A stretch of 64,000 bases of DNA from Eledone cirrhosa. Its lineage: Eukaryota. The stretch is from assembly GCA_964016885.1 (NCBI GenBank), contig OZ024741.1:284456001-284520000 (forward strand), written 5' to 3'. The position numbers were made by a program, and so were the translations under genes. The notes below the pieces were generated by a model that saw only the letters and a list, made by a program, of their open reading frames with translations, had not been told where the DNA came from and made no database searches. Shown one piece after another: positions 26,785 to 40,677 of this stretch. How positions within the stretch are numbered: the first letter of the stretch is position 1; each line of letters starts with the position of its first letter.

Positions 26785-27472
26785 ATATAATATATTCATA
26801 CGGAACCCGGTCATTGAAATGATCATAGTATAATAAACCTTTCAAGGATTTACACAAATCCAGCCTCCTGTCATTTCATTATAATATTTAACTCCGTAAT
26901 AGCACCACCAACTACAAAAACAAAGACGGTTGAACTGCCTTACGTTGAGTACTCTCTATATTATTGCATTACGATTGACCATACGGAATAGACCAGCTCT
27001 ATACAGTGGTGAACCTCAAACCTGAATAAATATATATATATATATATATATATACGTATATACGTATATACAGAATATCTTCCTTCCTATATATTTATGA
27101 GTTTTAATTGCTTGCTATCTACTATATAAAGGTACCACACTTCACTCCAACCCCCACTACACCTCTGATTCCACATTGCACTCACTCACATACTCACTCA
27201 ACCACCCACTCAACACATCTAGTTTGATAATATGTTTAATAACTCCATTCTCCTAAAATGAGAACGTCTTGTATTCTACCTCTCGCTCGCTTTCTCCATT
27301 ACAAGACCACCTTCTACATCTCCCCTACCACATATGACAATACCTTGCTGCCTAACACGATCTACATCTAATACCACTTAGAGAAGAAACGGCATGTTCT
27401 TAAACAGGTAATGAACGCTCTTTTTGACAGTGGTGACATAGCAGACCAAGTCAACTCATGCATTCTCAAAAT

Positions 27473-27752
27473 TATGTAAGGAGATTTTAATATGCAATAT
27501 TGAAAATGAGTACAAATGAGTTGTGCCATTTTATATATGTGTGTTTGCTTTCTGTGCGTGTGGGTGTGCATGTATGTATATATATATATATATATATGCA
27601 TACACATATATATATATATATATATATATGCATACACATATATACATACATGCACACACACACACACGCACAGAAAGCAAACACACATATATAAAATGGC
27701 ACAACTCATTTGTACTCATTTTCAATATTGCATATTAAAATCTCCTTACATA
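27473..27752. repeat. Palindrome centred on a (TA)n/(CA)n tract
   Basis: tgtaaggagattttaatatgcaatattg... mirrored by ...caatattgcatattaaaatctccttaca. Confidence 0.92.
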
Positions 27753-27804
27753 TATATATATATATGCATACACATATATACATACATGCACACACGCACA
27801 CACG

Positions 27805-27925
<121 letters not shown>

Positions 27926-27973
27926 TTTTTTTTAGAAATACGAAATTCCAATAGATATCTGTATATAGCTATG

Positions 27974-28006
<33 letters not shown>

Positions 28007-28011
<5 letters not shown>

Positions 28012-28287
28012 GAAAAATCAGTGATGCATCTGAACTCAATTTTTTGTGTGTTACAATTGTTTCGCCGGCGGACAGCTCGAAACGCGATCATTGTGTGGAT
28101 CTGTCTGATTCTGGACCCGCAGGTTCGACGGACACGTCTAATGCTCCGAAATCATTAGACGTGTCCGTCGAACCTGCGGGTCCAGAATCAGACAGATCCA
28201 CACAATGATCGCGTCTCGAGCTGTCCGCCGGCGAAACAATTGTAACACAATAAATTGAGTTCAGATGCATCACTGATTTTTCGTTTT
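28007..28287. repeat. Long inverted repeat (~135-bp arms, 9-nt spacer)
   Basis: 28007-28143 is the reverse complement of 28153-28287 with about three differences. Confidence 0.95.
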
Positions 28288-28743
28288 CTATTCTTCATAC
28301 TCTGCTCTGTAAGAGCATAGAGTGCTCAACCGGCATACCGCCTATGACCAAAAGATCGTCGGGCTTCTGCTGTTGTAATTATTATATTACACCCTGTTTA
28401 GCTCTACACCTCGCCACTGACGTGAATCTAAACATCGAGTGTTCACGTAGGTGAACCTACAGTAACTTCACGTTACAGTCCCTGGTGTGGTAAGATACCT
28501 GGTGTGGTAAGATACAAGGTGTGGTAAGATACCAGGTGGACCATAACGCACCAGAGTACTCGATACTTAGGGCAGTAAAGTGGATAATAGGAAAAATGTC
28601 AGAACCCCGACGGCTGAGCTCCGGTCGTTCCGACAGCTAGATCCGAACCCGCATCTTTCTCGGTGGCCTAGTCGTAGGTATTAGAGACGGTGGAGTTCCT
28701 GGTCAGGGGTTCGATCTCCATCAGGTTCTACACTTAATACGTC

Positions 28744-28784
<41 letters not shown>

Positions 28785-28879
28785 AATTTTCCGGTTCATT
28801 TTCATCGGCACATATCAAACAAGTTGGTCCTCCGGACTAACGAAACGTACATACATGGTATGACACTTAATAATTATAT

Positions 28880-28948
<69 letters not shown>

Positions 28949-28978
28949 GTCATTTCTACATTATATGATATTCATAAA

Positions 28979-29009
<31 letters not shown>

Positions 29010-32000
29010 GAATATCATATAATGTAGAAATGACTTCTACATTCCTTTGAAATCATCCGATCATTTCTGATAATTTCAAACGAATGACACAAAACAGTTC
29101 CAATCCTGTAGAAGTCATTTCTATATGAAATAAATTATTTAACTCTGGTTTTCTTTCATTTGATCCAATAATCGGCTCCTTTCATTTCTAGACATATAAA
29201 TACACATATATTTGTATAGAAATGTGATCAAAAGATTTTAAAAGAGATCAAGATTAACAAGTCCATATTAAAATATCACTAACAATATTTCCAGACACTA
29301 GTATTCTTATTTTCTGGAATGTATTTATGGCTTTCCTTGGAAGATTTCTTTTATATAAGTGGCTGTGTATTCTTCTTAGTTCTATCAATTGCAAACGTTA
29401 AGATGGCATGATTCCTCACATAGATTTTCAACTCACTGCTACACAACATTATGCTAACCTTGTATTGTTATATTGATTATTAATACCCTATTGCCATTTT
29501 TGTCGTGGAAATTAATGCCAGTCTTATCGTGTGCTTTCTGGTGGTCTCACACTAAACTAAATGCTGTCGTATTTTACTATTGTAATTTTTTACGACAGGC
29601 GATTGCTTAGATTTCTCTCACCGGTGCCTTGGCGACATTCTTATTTATCTATAATGCAGGATTTATAGTTATTCCTCTCGCGATGTTGGCTTTTGCATTT
29701 GCTGCCTCATTCAAGCTGGATTTGTTTAGTCAGGCCAGAATTTATTTTTTATTTGTATGTTGGTTACATGGCCAGTTTGTTCGCTGAAGTATTAGTCATG
29801 TAAAGGTATATTTTCAGAGATGTTATCACTGATGTTGTTTATTATCAATTCAGCCTTGATGAAGCATACCCGTGATCAAAAGCGTTTCAGCGATAGCTAT
29901 TCTACCTTCTTTTCAGACATCGTTTTGAACCATGTTATCCAATGCATCCTTATTGTTTGTTAATATAGTAGGGTATTATATGAGGAGGATTTGACCGCTG
30001 ATTTTAGCAAGTCAATCGAGCTCATTGCAGCTTGTGAAATACTTTATGGTTCTTCAGTATTGTCATTCTTGTAGCATAAAATGAACCTCCATCGGTTTCA
30101 ACGATTAGTGATCAACGGAAAAGTCTTAACGTAAAATTAACGTGTACGTGGCTGAGTATTCCATAGACACGTTTACCCTTAACGTAATTCTCAAGGAGAT
30201 CCATAGTGACAGTGTAGGACCTGGGGTATAGTAAATGTCATTTTGTTTCTAAATTAACCACATTGCTTGTGTATGTGTGTGTGTATGTGTGTGTGTATAT
30301 GTGTGTGTGTTTGTGTGTGTATGTGTATTTCTTTCTTTTTGTTTGTACGTGTGTGTGTGTAAATGAAAGGAGCTAATCGCTAGAAAACTGGTTCCTTTTA
30401 ATCTTTTCGTTACTGTTACAATCATCCGATCACAACTTCAATTCACTCCCAAATCTCCACACCCGGTGATGGCAATAATAAAAAGTAATGATGATACGGA
30501 AAGGGAAATTAATCCCTACTCTTTCAAAAGTGTGGTAATATTACTTTAGTCCCCCACAGGATGAAAGTGAAAAGCTATCTAACTGGAAATCTAATCGAGA
30601 TATAACAAGGCAGTCTATTTGTGGAGAGTTTAGCACTTCACAGTTGTTTCAATAATTGATTACTTACTGCCTTAACTTCAAATGAACCATTACCAGCAAG
30701 TGCATTTGCCTGTTATTTCTTTACTATCGAGTTTCACAGAAAGCTGATATTATAATCTTTGATGAGAACTTTTCGAAAAGCCAAACGAAAGCGAAAATAT
30801 ATTATTCAATTGAATAACTGAACTATATATGGCCGCCGTCACTCGTTGGAATCAGTAAAAGGAAAGAAAAAAAAAGAGAGGAAGAGAGACGAAAAAAGAA
30901 AATGAGAACAATTAGGAAAGAAAGAAAAGTGACATAGAAAAAAAAAGAAGCAAACAAAAAAGAAACAAACAAAAAGATAATAAAAAAGAAAGACGTTAGA
31001 AAAACGAAAGAACAAAAAAGAAAGAAAGACAGAAAGAAAATAGAAACAAAAAAGAAGAAAGGCAGAAAGAGAAACGAAAGAAAAAGAAAGAAAGCCAAAG
31101 AAAAAAGAAAACGTTTGCGAAGCAAAGTTAACATAGACGTATTTGATCGTCTATCATAAGTGGATTTATCCCAGATTTCCGTCACAGCGGTAAATATTTA
31201 GCGCTTTATGTCGGTTAATCATGGCTCCCGCGAAATATTCACATATCTTAATTTCTGGTTTTCATCAAATTACTTTACGAAATTACTCATTCCTTGTTTC
31301 GTTATCATTTTCTTTTTTTCTTCCGATACTTTATATGTTTCTATATTTCTATATCTTTCCTGTAATTGAAGAAGGTCGTGAGTTAGATTCCTGGACATGG
31401 CTATGTGCTATGTTTTTGAGCAAAACGCTTCATTCCACGATTGTTTTAGTCAAGTCCTGGGATATAATCTCGTATGAGGTCAGCTCAAGATACATAATCA
31501 TGTGCTGCAAATGTCATTTATTTTTATTTTCCATTTCATTTATTTTTATTTTCCATTTCATTTCTTTTCATATCTTTTTTTCTTTGTGAACGCAGTATGG
31601 GTCTGTTTTAAAATGTTCGCTTTATCACCACAAGGTCCCGGATTCGATCCTGCCTTTCGGTGAAATTGGATAGATTGAAACTGGTTGGTAGCCCCTCAGT
31701 TGAAATTCAAGGAACCAGTCTTGTCACACACTAAATCTCTCTGAGAATTAAGTTATGATATGCCACTTAGATATATCTTTCAGAAGCAGGCTTTTCCGTT
31801 CATTGAAAAACTGAAACACACATCGTCGAAACCAGCGGAGGTTCATTTGTATTTTATACTTTAAATATTTATAATCAAAAGTATTTCAATAAATCGCCAT
31901 CCAATCTTTCATCTAAACAGAATTTATCCGCCGAAGGTTTCGACGACGAGTATTCAGTTGTTTAATTAGCTGAACGTTCAAACTCATGAATTAACGCGTA

Positions 32001-32894
32001 AGTTGTTGAGTATTTCATAGGCACGTGTACCATTAATGTAATTCTCATGGCGAGTTAGCATGACATAATATGTGACAAGACTGGACTTTTGAACTACATG
32101 TACAATATATCCGACTGGCTTTCGCAGTTTTCGTCTTCCCAGTTTCACTTATGAAGCTTGGGTCGATCTGTGGCTATGATATAGAAACTCACCAAAGATG
32201 CAGCGCAGTAAGATCAAATCCGAGTCTTCATGTTGGTGTCTTTTAAATAGTGTATCCTAGACCCCATTATCTGATCCCTCTATATATTTTACAGGGCTAG
32301 ATGAGAGTATGATTTGGTTGGTATTTCTAACATGCTTCCTCGTTGACTCGACTATGCTTTTTGTACTAACCCGTCAACGAAGGCTATGATCTATTCGAAG
32401 TTAGCGTAGTTAACTCTTGATTAACTCAGCCTACTTAACTGTCAATGTGAATTACAATGATGTAAAATTAACAACTATTTCCACAGCAGAGAGCAAAGAA
32501 GAAACACATATATATACGTATATGTAAAATAAAATGTTTATGCGCCTCTGAGAGGTGAATTTCACTCATCTCTCCTCAATGTATTCGAACTTGTCATATT
32601 TCACTTGTATTTCGTTAAGTAGCTAAAAGAGATATGTCTTCAGGGCTGACAGATATTTCAAAAGAATTCCTAATAAATGTAGTTTGTAATGATCTCTTAA
32701 GTTGATATATTACTTGAATGATGTGCTCAGTAATGATTATTATGATGGATACCCCGTCAGTTTCGACAATGAGATTTCGGTTGTTTAATCAACTGAACAT
32801 CCAGCTTGTAAATTAACGTATAAGCGGGTAAATATTCTACAACTACGCGTAGAAGAAAAGTGGATCCTTAAATTCTGATAGGATCGTTATGGCA

Positions 32895-33076
32895 CCGTCT
32901 CTTCCTTCCGCAAACACATCATCAAATATGGAAACCGGGACCACATTACCATCACAATCGTAGCTACCGAACGCAGTATAGGCACGCTGAAAATTAAGGA
33001 AGATCTCTTAATCAAGTAATTAAAACCTAGGATCAATAATCGACTGGAAAGAAGTGCACCAGAATGGCTAATTTAA
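32895..33076 (+). mobile_element. PLE GIY-YIG endonuclease C-terminal remnant
   Basis: Translation SSFRKHII...ITIVATERSIGTLKIKEDLLIK*LKPRINNR fits the L.IKE.LLI...KP.LN pattern. Confidence 0.55.
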
Positions 33077-33496
33077 AAGCCTGTATTCCAACATCCCAGC
33101 GGCCAATTTCATTTTTTCTTTCAAATTAAATCCATGTCCTCACTAGGCAAACACACTTAGACTCACACACATACATAGATATATAGCAAACATATTTTCC
33201 CGTTTTATTATATACATATTCGCACACACCTTTCACTAAATAAACTTACATTCATGCACACACATACATACATCCCAGTAAGCACACTTACATTCACGCA
33301 CATACATGCATATATCATACATTTCACAACGCGCACGTTCGAAATTTTAATGTCTTTTCATTTCATTTCATTTAACTTAAATTTGTTCTCCAAACAAGCA
33401 AGTCACCTCCAAAAGATTTTTTAAGTCTCTCATAGGGTTACTCCCTTGATAATGGGTTTTTAAAATATTTGGGATCATTATATTTGCTAAGGTAAG

Positions 33497-33685
33497 GGCG
33501 GTGGATTGGCAGTATCGGTAGAGGGTCGGACGCCATGCTTTCCAGCATAGTTACGTCCCTTTGCGGTCTGAGTTCAAATCCAGCCGAGGTTAACTTTGCC
33601 TTTCATCCTTACGAGGTCGATAAAATAAAGTACCAGTAATGTACTGGTTAATTGATGCCCTTGTGCCAAAAGTAGAAACAATTAT
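33497..33685 (+). mobile_element. S1 SINE with target-site duplication
   Basis: Full unit flanked by attatatttgctaaggtaag on both sides (~33477-33496 and ~33681-33700). Confidence 0.9.
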
Positions 33686-33782
33686 ATTTGCTAAGGTAAG
33701 ATTCTTTTGTTATCTTGGCGATTTAATTTTCTTTCTAATGTATTGTTTGGTCTTCAAAATTATTTCAATTTGTACACACACG

Positions 33783-33852
<70 letters not shown>

Positions 33853-34558
33853 ATTAGTTATTTGTACAGATAAAAATGAAAATAATCAAATAAATAAAAG
33901 TAAATTTTAATCTTTAATAATTGATAGAATAACCAAACCCGGTATCCAACGATGTAAAATACTTCAGTAAATCAATACATAAGTGCAAAGTTGGTAAGAC
34001 CATAAAGTTTCCAAACATTAATATTCGCAATATAACTGTAAAAAATGTTTTAATTATCGGACAGTCTCGTGGTTGAGTGGTACAGCTGCTGGTTATGTAA
34101 TTGTATAGTTGGTAATTTTAATTTGCAAAGTATGTTCTGGGTTCAATCTTTTCCGCTCCCCAAGAAGAATTTTGTTTTTGTTTCTCATTTTTCTAACTAG
34201 AAGAAGGTAGAATGTAGAAGAAGCACCGCTCGCCTTGAAAGCTCTAGCCGTGGGCTTCTGGCTACACACACACACACACACACATATATATTGAATGTGA
34301 AAATCGAAGCTCATTACTGCTATTTTGTGGATGTGTATATTTCACATGGTCTTTTTTATTGGATGAGGTAAGAAAGTTTTAATATATTCTATAATCCGTA
34401 TTTTTACTTTACAATTTTACGGTCAATTGCATAAACAGAAATAGAGGGGATTTGAACATTTTTTTTATTTATTCCATATAAAAATTAAATGATAGTATTG
34501 TAGTTGTGTGTGGGCCCCTTTGTCTCTTCCTGGCAACCAACATTTTTAGACGCAGTAC

Positions 34559-34621
<63 letters not shown>

Positions 34622-35361
34622 AGTAAAATGACAGGAGGCTGGACTGGTGAGATTCCTTCAAAGAGTTATTATAGCAAACACTATGCACATGTCATTGAAA
34701 TGTGCATAGTGTTTGCTATAAAAAATCTGTGATGGAATCTCACCAGTCTAGCCTCCATTTATTTTACTCAATGAAAATTAACTCCGTTCTCGCACCGCCG
34801 ACGAGATTCAATATAAACGAAGATGGATGAGTTGCATAACGTGGAGTGCTTTTCCTAATATTACATCACGGTTAACTATACGGAATGACCAGTTCTATCC
34901 AGTGGTGAGTCAACAAACCTGAATGTATATATATATATATATATATATAAGGGTGTGTGGGGTGTTGGGGGTCGGGAGGGGATTTTACAATCTTTTCCAT
35001 ATCGGTCAGCTCAGGGTACAATCATAATGAACGAGGTTCGACTCTTCCTCGACATCTCATCAGATGCAGTGATATCGAGTAATTTTATCGAAGAAAAAAA
35101 AATATAGGGAAAATTTTAAGTTCAATGCAGACAGCCATTGAATGTCATTTTAACTCTATAAATAAGCAGATCCATAATAAGAGATACGGAAAGCTATCAA
35201 ATAGGTCACGTTAAATAATGTAGTATGTAATACACAACTACATTAAATACAACCTCAAGGATATGGTCCGAAGGTAGAAGAGCCGAACTCCCACTGTCAT
35301 CGCCTCCATCTCTCTCGCCCTCCCCATCTCTCTGTATGGTGAGCAAATAGGTCCAACGTGC

Positions 35362-35445
35362 TGGCCTTCCCACAGCCCCGACGGACAGAATGGAGAAAGC
35401 ATTTTCCCGGAGGATGGTAAAGGAGATGCATCGCCCGGACAGACA
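35362..35445 (-). mobile_element. Short diverged 3' fragment of the same CRE family
   Basis: cccacagccccgacggacagaatggagaaagcattttcccgg matches ~202-241 and ~22682-22722 (ENAFSILSVGAVG). Confidence 0.7.
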
Positions 35446-36152
35446 ACATCGCTCAAAGAACAGGAGCATTAAAAACATCAATCATATGCTCGAGTGAAGC
35501 GAACATCTTACGAATCAGTAGGGAATTCCCCAATAATGACCTACCTCCTGATAATCTTCCATGCAAACCTAGTATTGCTGGACTAATAATACACCACAAG
35601 AAAAACATGGACGAGAAACACTGCTTATCATAAAAAAAAAAAATTATGCATGGATAAGTTTCTCGTAAACTTGAGGATGATATTAACCTTAATGTAAAAT
35701 GTAGCATCCCTTAAATTTATGACCGTTACATCACGCCACATTTCGAAAGCCTGTGATTTTGCAACCAAACAGCAGGTACGAAATAAGTAATGAACAAAAG
35801 AGACAGTGAGGACCTCAAAACCCTTGCTGCAATTGAAATAGTTGATTATGTCATAGTTATGTGGCATTTATCATGCATGTGATCAATAGTATCACATGCA
35901 TCAAATATACCATCAAGGTGACATGATGCACCTAATATATTTCTAATGCAACAAGTTGTTTCTAAAACACATGTAAGAAAGACTGGCCGGGAATAGTTAT
36001 AAAAATGCACCTTTTATCGACACCAGGAACATTGATAGCACTTTTCCATGAAAACCTCGACCAAGAACAAAGTTAACAATTACAAAGTGATAGATATGTA
36101 TGGACAACTGCTTCCCAATCTTCAGCTTCTTTACCCATAATATAAATTCATA

Positions 36153-36790
36153 TACAGCGTACCCCCGGCATTCGCAGTCTCGGTTCTCGCATAATTTTCC
36201 ATAGAACCTAACTAATAATTGTTCGTGGAAACCACCGCATATTCGCGGAATCGTAAATATCTTCCACGATTTTTTTATGGCTTTTTTCGTAGCAATATAT
36301 ATTTTTTTTATCGCTAAATTATTAATAACAATATACCGTATTTTCCGGCCTATTGGATGCCCCTTCGCATAAGACGCTCCCTCTATGCTTTTGCGGTCTT
36401 TTCCGCGCAACACAGTCCTTCTGCCCCCATGCCCTAGACCCAAAGCACAATTACCCTCCCCTTCACCCCTCCCTCATCACCCCTCTCCGCCTTCACCCTC
36501 CCCTCTCTTCTGCGACACTAGAGTTCTTGCCCTCCCCGCCCCTTCCCCTTCTTTTTTCTTTCTCTATATTTTCCTATTCTTTTTTCTTTTGTTTTGTTTT
36601 CTTTTTATTATTGCTGTTACTATTGTTGTCGTTATTATGTATATATTATTGCTTGTGCTGTTAATATATTTTTACGTTAGATTTTGGCGTTGATAGGCAT
36701 TTTTATCGGCCACGTCCGATATTCGCGGTTTTTCGCTCTTCGCGGGTGCTCTAGGAACGTAACCCCCGCGAATATCGGGAGACAACTGTA
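36153..36790. mobile_element. Tigger/pogo-like MITE with a nested second TIR fragment
   Basis: Imperfect TIRs tacagcgtacccccggcattcgc / gcgaatatcgggagacaactgta with TA ends; internal taccgtattttccggcctat near 36333. Confidence 0.55.
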
Positions 36791-37353
36791 CATTTATAGA
36801 GATAATTATTGGTGTACTTGATCTAGCAAGGAAATTGAGCAGCAAACACGAATTTTATAAATACAATCTGTAAACAGAACAGTAAACACTTGCGAGATGT
36901 TTCTGAAGTATATGTAACTACTTTTATTCTCCGAATTTCAAAGATGGTATTCTTTTTCTTTATGAAAAAAGCTACCCTTTCCTTATTGGAAAAATTCAAA
37001 ATAAAAAAAGAAACATATAGACACAGACACACATAAACACATACATAAATATATTATATTTATATACATACATAGACACACACACAGACACACACATATA
37101 GTGTATTTATATACATACATAGACACACATACATTTATTGTATCTATATACATATATAGATACACACACTAACGAACACACACAGACACAGACAGACATA
37201 CACACATACCAACACACACACGCACACACACATCACACATATATTGTATCTATATACATACATATCTACACACACACACGCACACACACACATCACACAT
37301 ATTGTATCTATATACATACATATCTACACACACGCACGCACACACACACACAT

Positions 37354-37393
<40 letters not shown>

Positions 37394-37986
37394 GCATTTT
37401 GAGTAAAGCATATAATTTCCAATAATTTCATATAATTATGAAGGTTGAAAAATGTTTTCAAAATTACGATCTTCACTATGTAATTTTTTTGCATTATATT
37501 TTATTATATTGAAAATGTAACAATCTGTATGAATTAAATCAATCAATTCCAAAAACTCCTCTTAAAACAGTTGAGTTTCCTATGGAAGAGCAATTAAGAG
37601 CTGCCAGAGCGTTGTGAAGAGTAGAGAAGAAATAGATAAAAACAAAGAAAAGCAAATAAACGAAAACAGCAACAACTAAAGGGGAAAAAACAAGGATAAA
37701 AAAAATATATAAAATAGAAGAATTAACAACGGCATCTGTAAAAATGTATTTCATATATGAAATATATAAAATATATAAGATATGTCAAATATATAAATTA
37801 TATTATAAAATCATATTTAATCTATCTCTACATTGTATTAAACAGTTTTTGTTTTTTGAGATTTCGTTTCGATTTAGCGATATTGTTGTTGATTATTCTG
37901 CTGAAGATTTATCTTTATTCTTTGTTTTGTTTACATACTAGGCTCCCCACTCTCTTTCTCTCTCACACACACAGTCATATACTCAG

Positions 37987-38086
<100 letters not shown>

Positions 38087-38465
38087 GTATATGTATATGA
38101 ATCTCTCTCTCTCTCTCTCACTCTCCATATATATATATATATATAAAAATTAGGAAGAAACAGGGAGCTGTGTGGTTACTTGATAAAGAGTATTTAAAAA
38201 TAAAAGTAAAGCACAAGCGGGGGACAAACCCTTCTTCAGTTGTTTGCTGGAGATCAGGCACATTTCAACGCATTAAAGACAATATATCTAACTCCAGTGC
38301 GTCAATAACTTGTGGAAGTTATTGGGGAAAAAAAGAAGAGAGAAAAAAAAAATTAAACAGAAGGAAAAAGATGAAAAAAAAAATGCAGAGAACATCCAGA
38401 AAAAGAAGGGAACACGAGAAGCACATGTATGTATATACTCCGTTTCGTAAGCATATTTACCGTAA

Positions 38466-38500
<35 letters not shown>

Positions 38501-38584
38501 AAAGGTAAACAGAAATAACAAAGCAAACAACACAGTACATTGAAGAAATATATTAGTTTAACGCTTGAAATAGAAGGAAGAGAG

Positions 38585-38620
38585 TCTTAGTGTTTCGGAC
38601 ACTAGTCTTTCATCAGAAGA
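38585..38620 (-). ncRNA. Degenerate minimal hammerhead motif (family B)
   Basis: Minus strand reads tctt CTGATGA a agac tagt gtcc GAAA cact aaga; flanks 38510-38745 resemble 7845-8060; cleavage-site region mutated. Confidence 0.5.
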
Positions 38621-38743
38621 TAGAGTTAGAAACAGAAAATAAACAGAAGGAAAAGAGTGAGAAGGGGAAGGAACGGGGAAAATAAGGAAAAAAGTGGAGA
38701 GGAAAAAGCACACGTATTCAGTCAGCCATTTTCGAAATGTTTG

Positions 38744-38803
<60 letters not shown>

Positions 38804-39332
38804 GCACCCGCACCTTTGCCTTCAAATATATCTCAATTTTTTACTTTCGAGCTACAATATACAACACACTACTCAAATATTGAGCTTAATTTCTTGCGTT
38901 TGTGAAGCGTGTTCGTGCGTATGTCTATGTATGTGTGCGTAAGCGCGCATACGTGTGTGAATGTGTGTGCGCGCGTGTGTGTATGTGTGTGTTTACCTAT
39001 ATATGCGCACGCCTGTTTCTAATGCTAGCAAAGATTACATATGTATGTGTGTGTATGTATAGATATAAATTTATGTATATATTTCAAGAAACTTTGCTGA
39101 ATATTTTAATAAACATACAGAATCTAGAGAGAGTTTCTGTATTTATATAATATATATTATCTATATATGAAATCAGGAGCATCTGGTTATAATCTGTACA
39201 GTGGGATTGCGGTATTCCATTAATGACTTGTGATATCTAAGTAATGTTTGGCATACATCCAACTAAACTATTGTCCGACTGTTATATCAATATACTGTAT
39301 ATATCAATATATATATATCAATATATATGTAT

Positions 39333-40646
39333 ATATGTAAATATGATAATAATGGAGCTGCGGCGCTGCAAATGGGTTACATATGAACAAGTTTGTCCTC
39401 ATCAGTGGCCATCCAACCGTCGTAGGCATTTCGTCGCATTAAAGGCCATATACCTCAGGTTGGTGCGAGCAACGGCTAAAAAAAAGTCGTTGGGACACGT
39501 AAATAAAGGGGACGCTAGGGTAAACAAACAAAATGGTTTAAGCAGCAGAAAGTGATGAAGAAGGAAACAAGTCCCAGATTTCTATGAATATAAATTCGGT
39601 GGAATCGTGAACGAGAGAATAAAGACCATCAAACCTGGTTGAAATGTGAGCAAGGAAGGAATTTCGCGCAGGTCTAACGGGAGGAAGAAGGGGTCTGGTC
39701 TGCGAATTCGGTAAACATAAGTTCTGTGAAGTCGCAGACGAGAGAGAGAGAAAAAAAATTCATACCGGCTTGGCCAAGTGCCCGCGAGAAAAGGATTACG
39801 GACAGGTCAAACGGGAAGAAAGGGGAGGAGGAGAGGTAGTGACAGAGAGTGAGTGAGTGAAAGGTGAGGAAGAGGCTAACAGAGAGAGAGACTGCTAGAA
39901 AGGGTAAAGACACAAAGAACGAAACAGACTGGTGGCAGCGGAGGAAAAAATATATGTGTAAATATGATAATAATGGAGCTGCGGCGCTGCAAATGGGTTA
40001 CATATGAAAAAGTTTGTCCTCATCAGTGGCCATCCAACCGTCGTAGGCATTTCGCTCCATTATTATCATATTTACACATATATTTTTTCCTCCGCTGCCA
40101 CCAGTCTGTTTCGTTCTTTGTGTCTTTACCCTTTCTAGCAGTCTCTCTCTCTCTGTTAGCCTCTTCCTCACCTTTCACTCACTCACTCTCTGTCACTACC
40201 TCTCCTCCTCCCCTTTCTTCCCGTTTGACCTGTCCGTAATCCTTTTCTCGCGGGCACTTGGCCAAGCCGGTATGAATTTTTTTTCTCTCTCTCTCGTCTG
40301 CGACTTCACAGAACTTATGTTTACCGAATTCGCAGAGCAGACCCCTTCTTCCTCCCGTTAGACCTGTGCGAAATTCCTTCCTTGCTCACATTTCAACCAG
40401 GTTTGATGGTCTTTATTCTCTCGTTCACGATTCCACCGAATTTATATTCATAGAAATCTGAGACTTGTTTCCTTCTTCATCACTTTCTGCTGCTTAAACC
40501 ATTTTGTTTGTTTACCCTAGCGTCCCCTTTATTTACGTGTCCCAACGACTTTTTTTTAGCCGTTGCTCGCACCAACCTGAGGTATATGGCCTTTAATGCG
40601 ACGAAATACCTACGACGGCTGGATGGCCACTGATGAGGACAAACTT

Positions 40647-40652
<6 letters not shown>
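39333..40652. repeat. ~620-bp unit, partial tandem copy, then a ~600-bp inverted copy
   Basis: atatgataataatggagctg at 39341 recurs at 39962 (period 621); 40054-40652 is the reverse complement of ~39382-39980. Confidence 0.92.

Positions 40653-40677
<25 letters not shown>

Noticed and set aside
27385-27470. Minus-strand MPF codons resembling the CMPFT of TM2
   Set aside because: The surrounding translation is not GPCR-like and stops two codons later.
28483-28540. CRISPR-like repeats (also the 37-bp array at 18972-19136)
   Set aside because: Contiguous tandem repeats without unique spacers, in eukaryotic DNA with no cas genes.
30823-31185. Hydrophobic Phe/Leu-rich ORF resembling a membrane protein
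   Set aside because: Reverse complement of a low-complexity A/G-rich tract.
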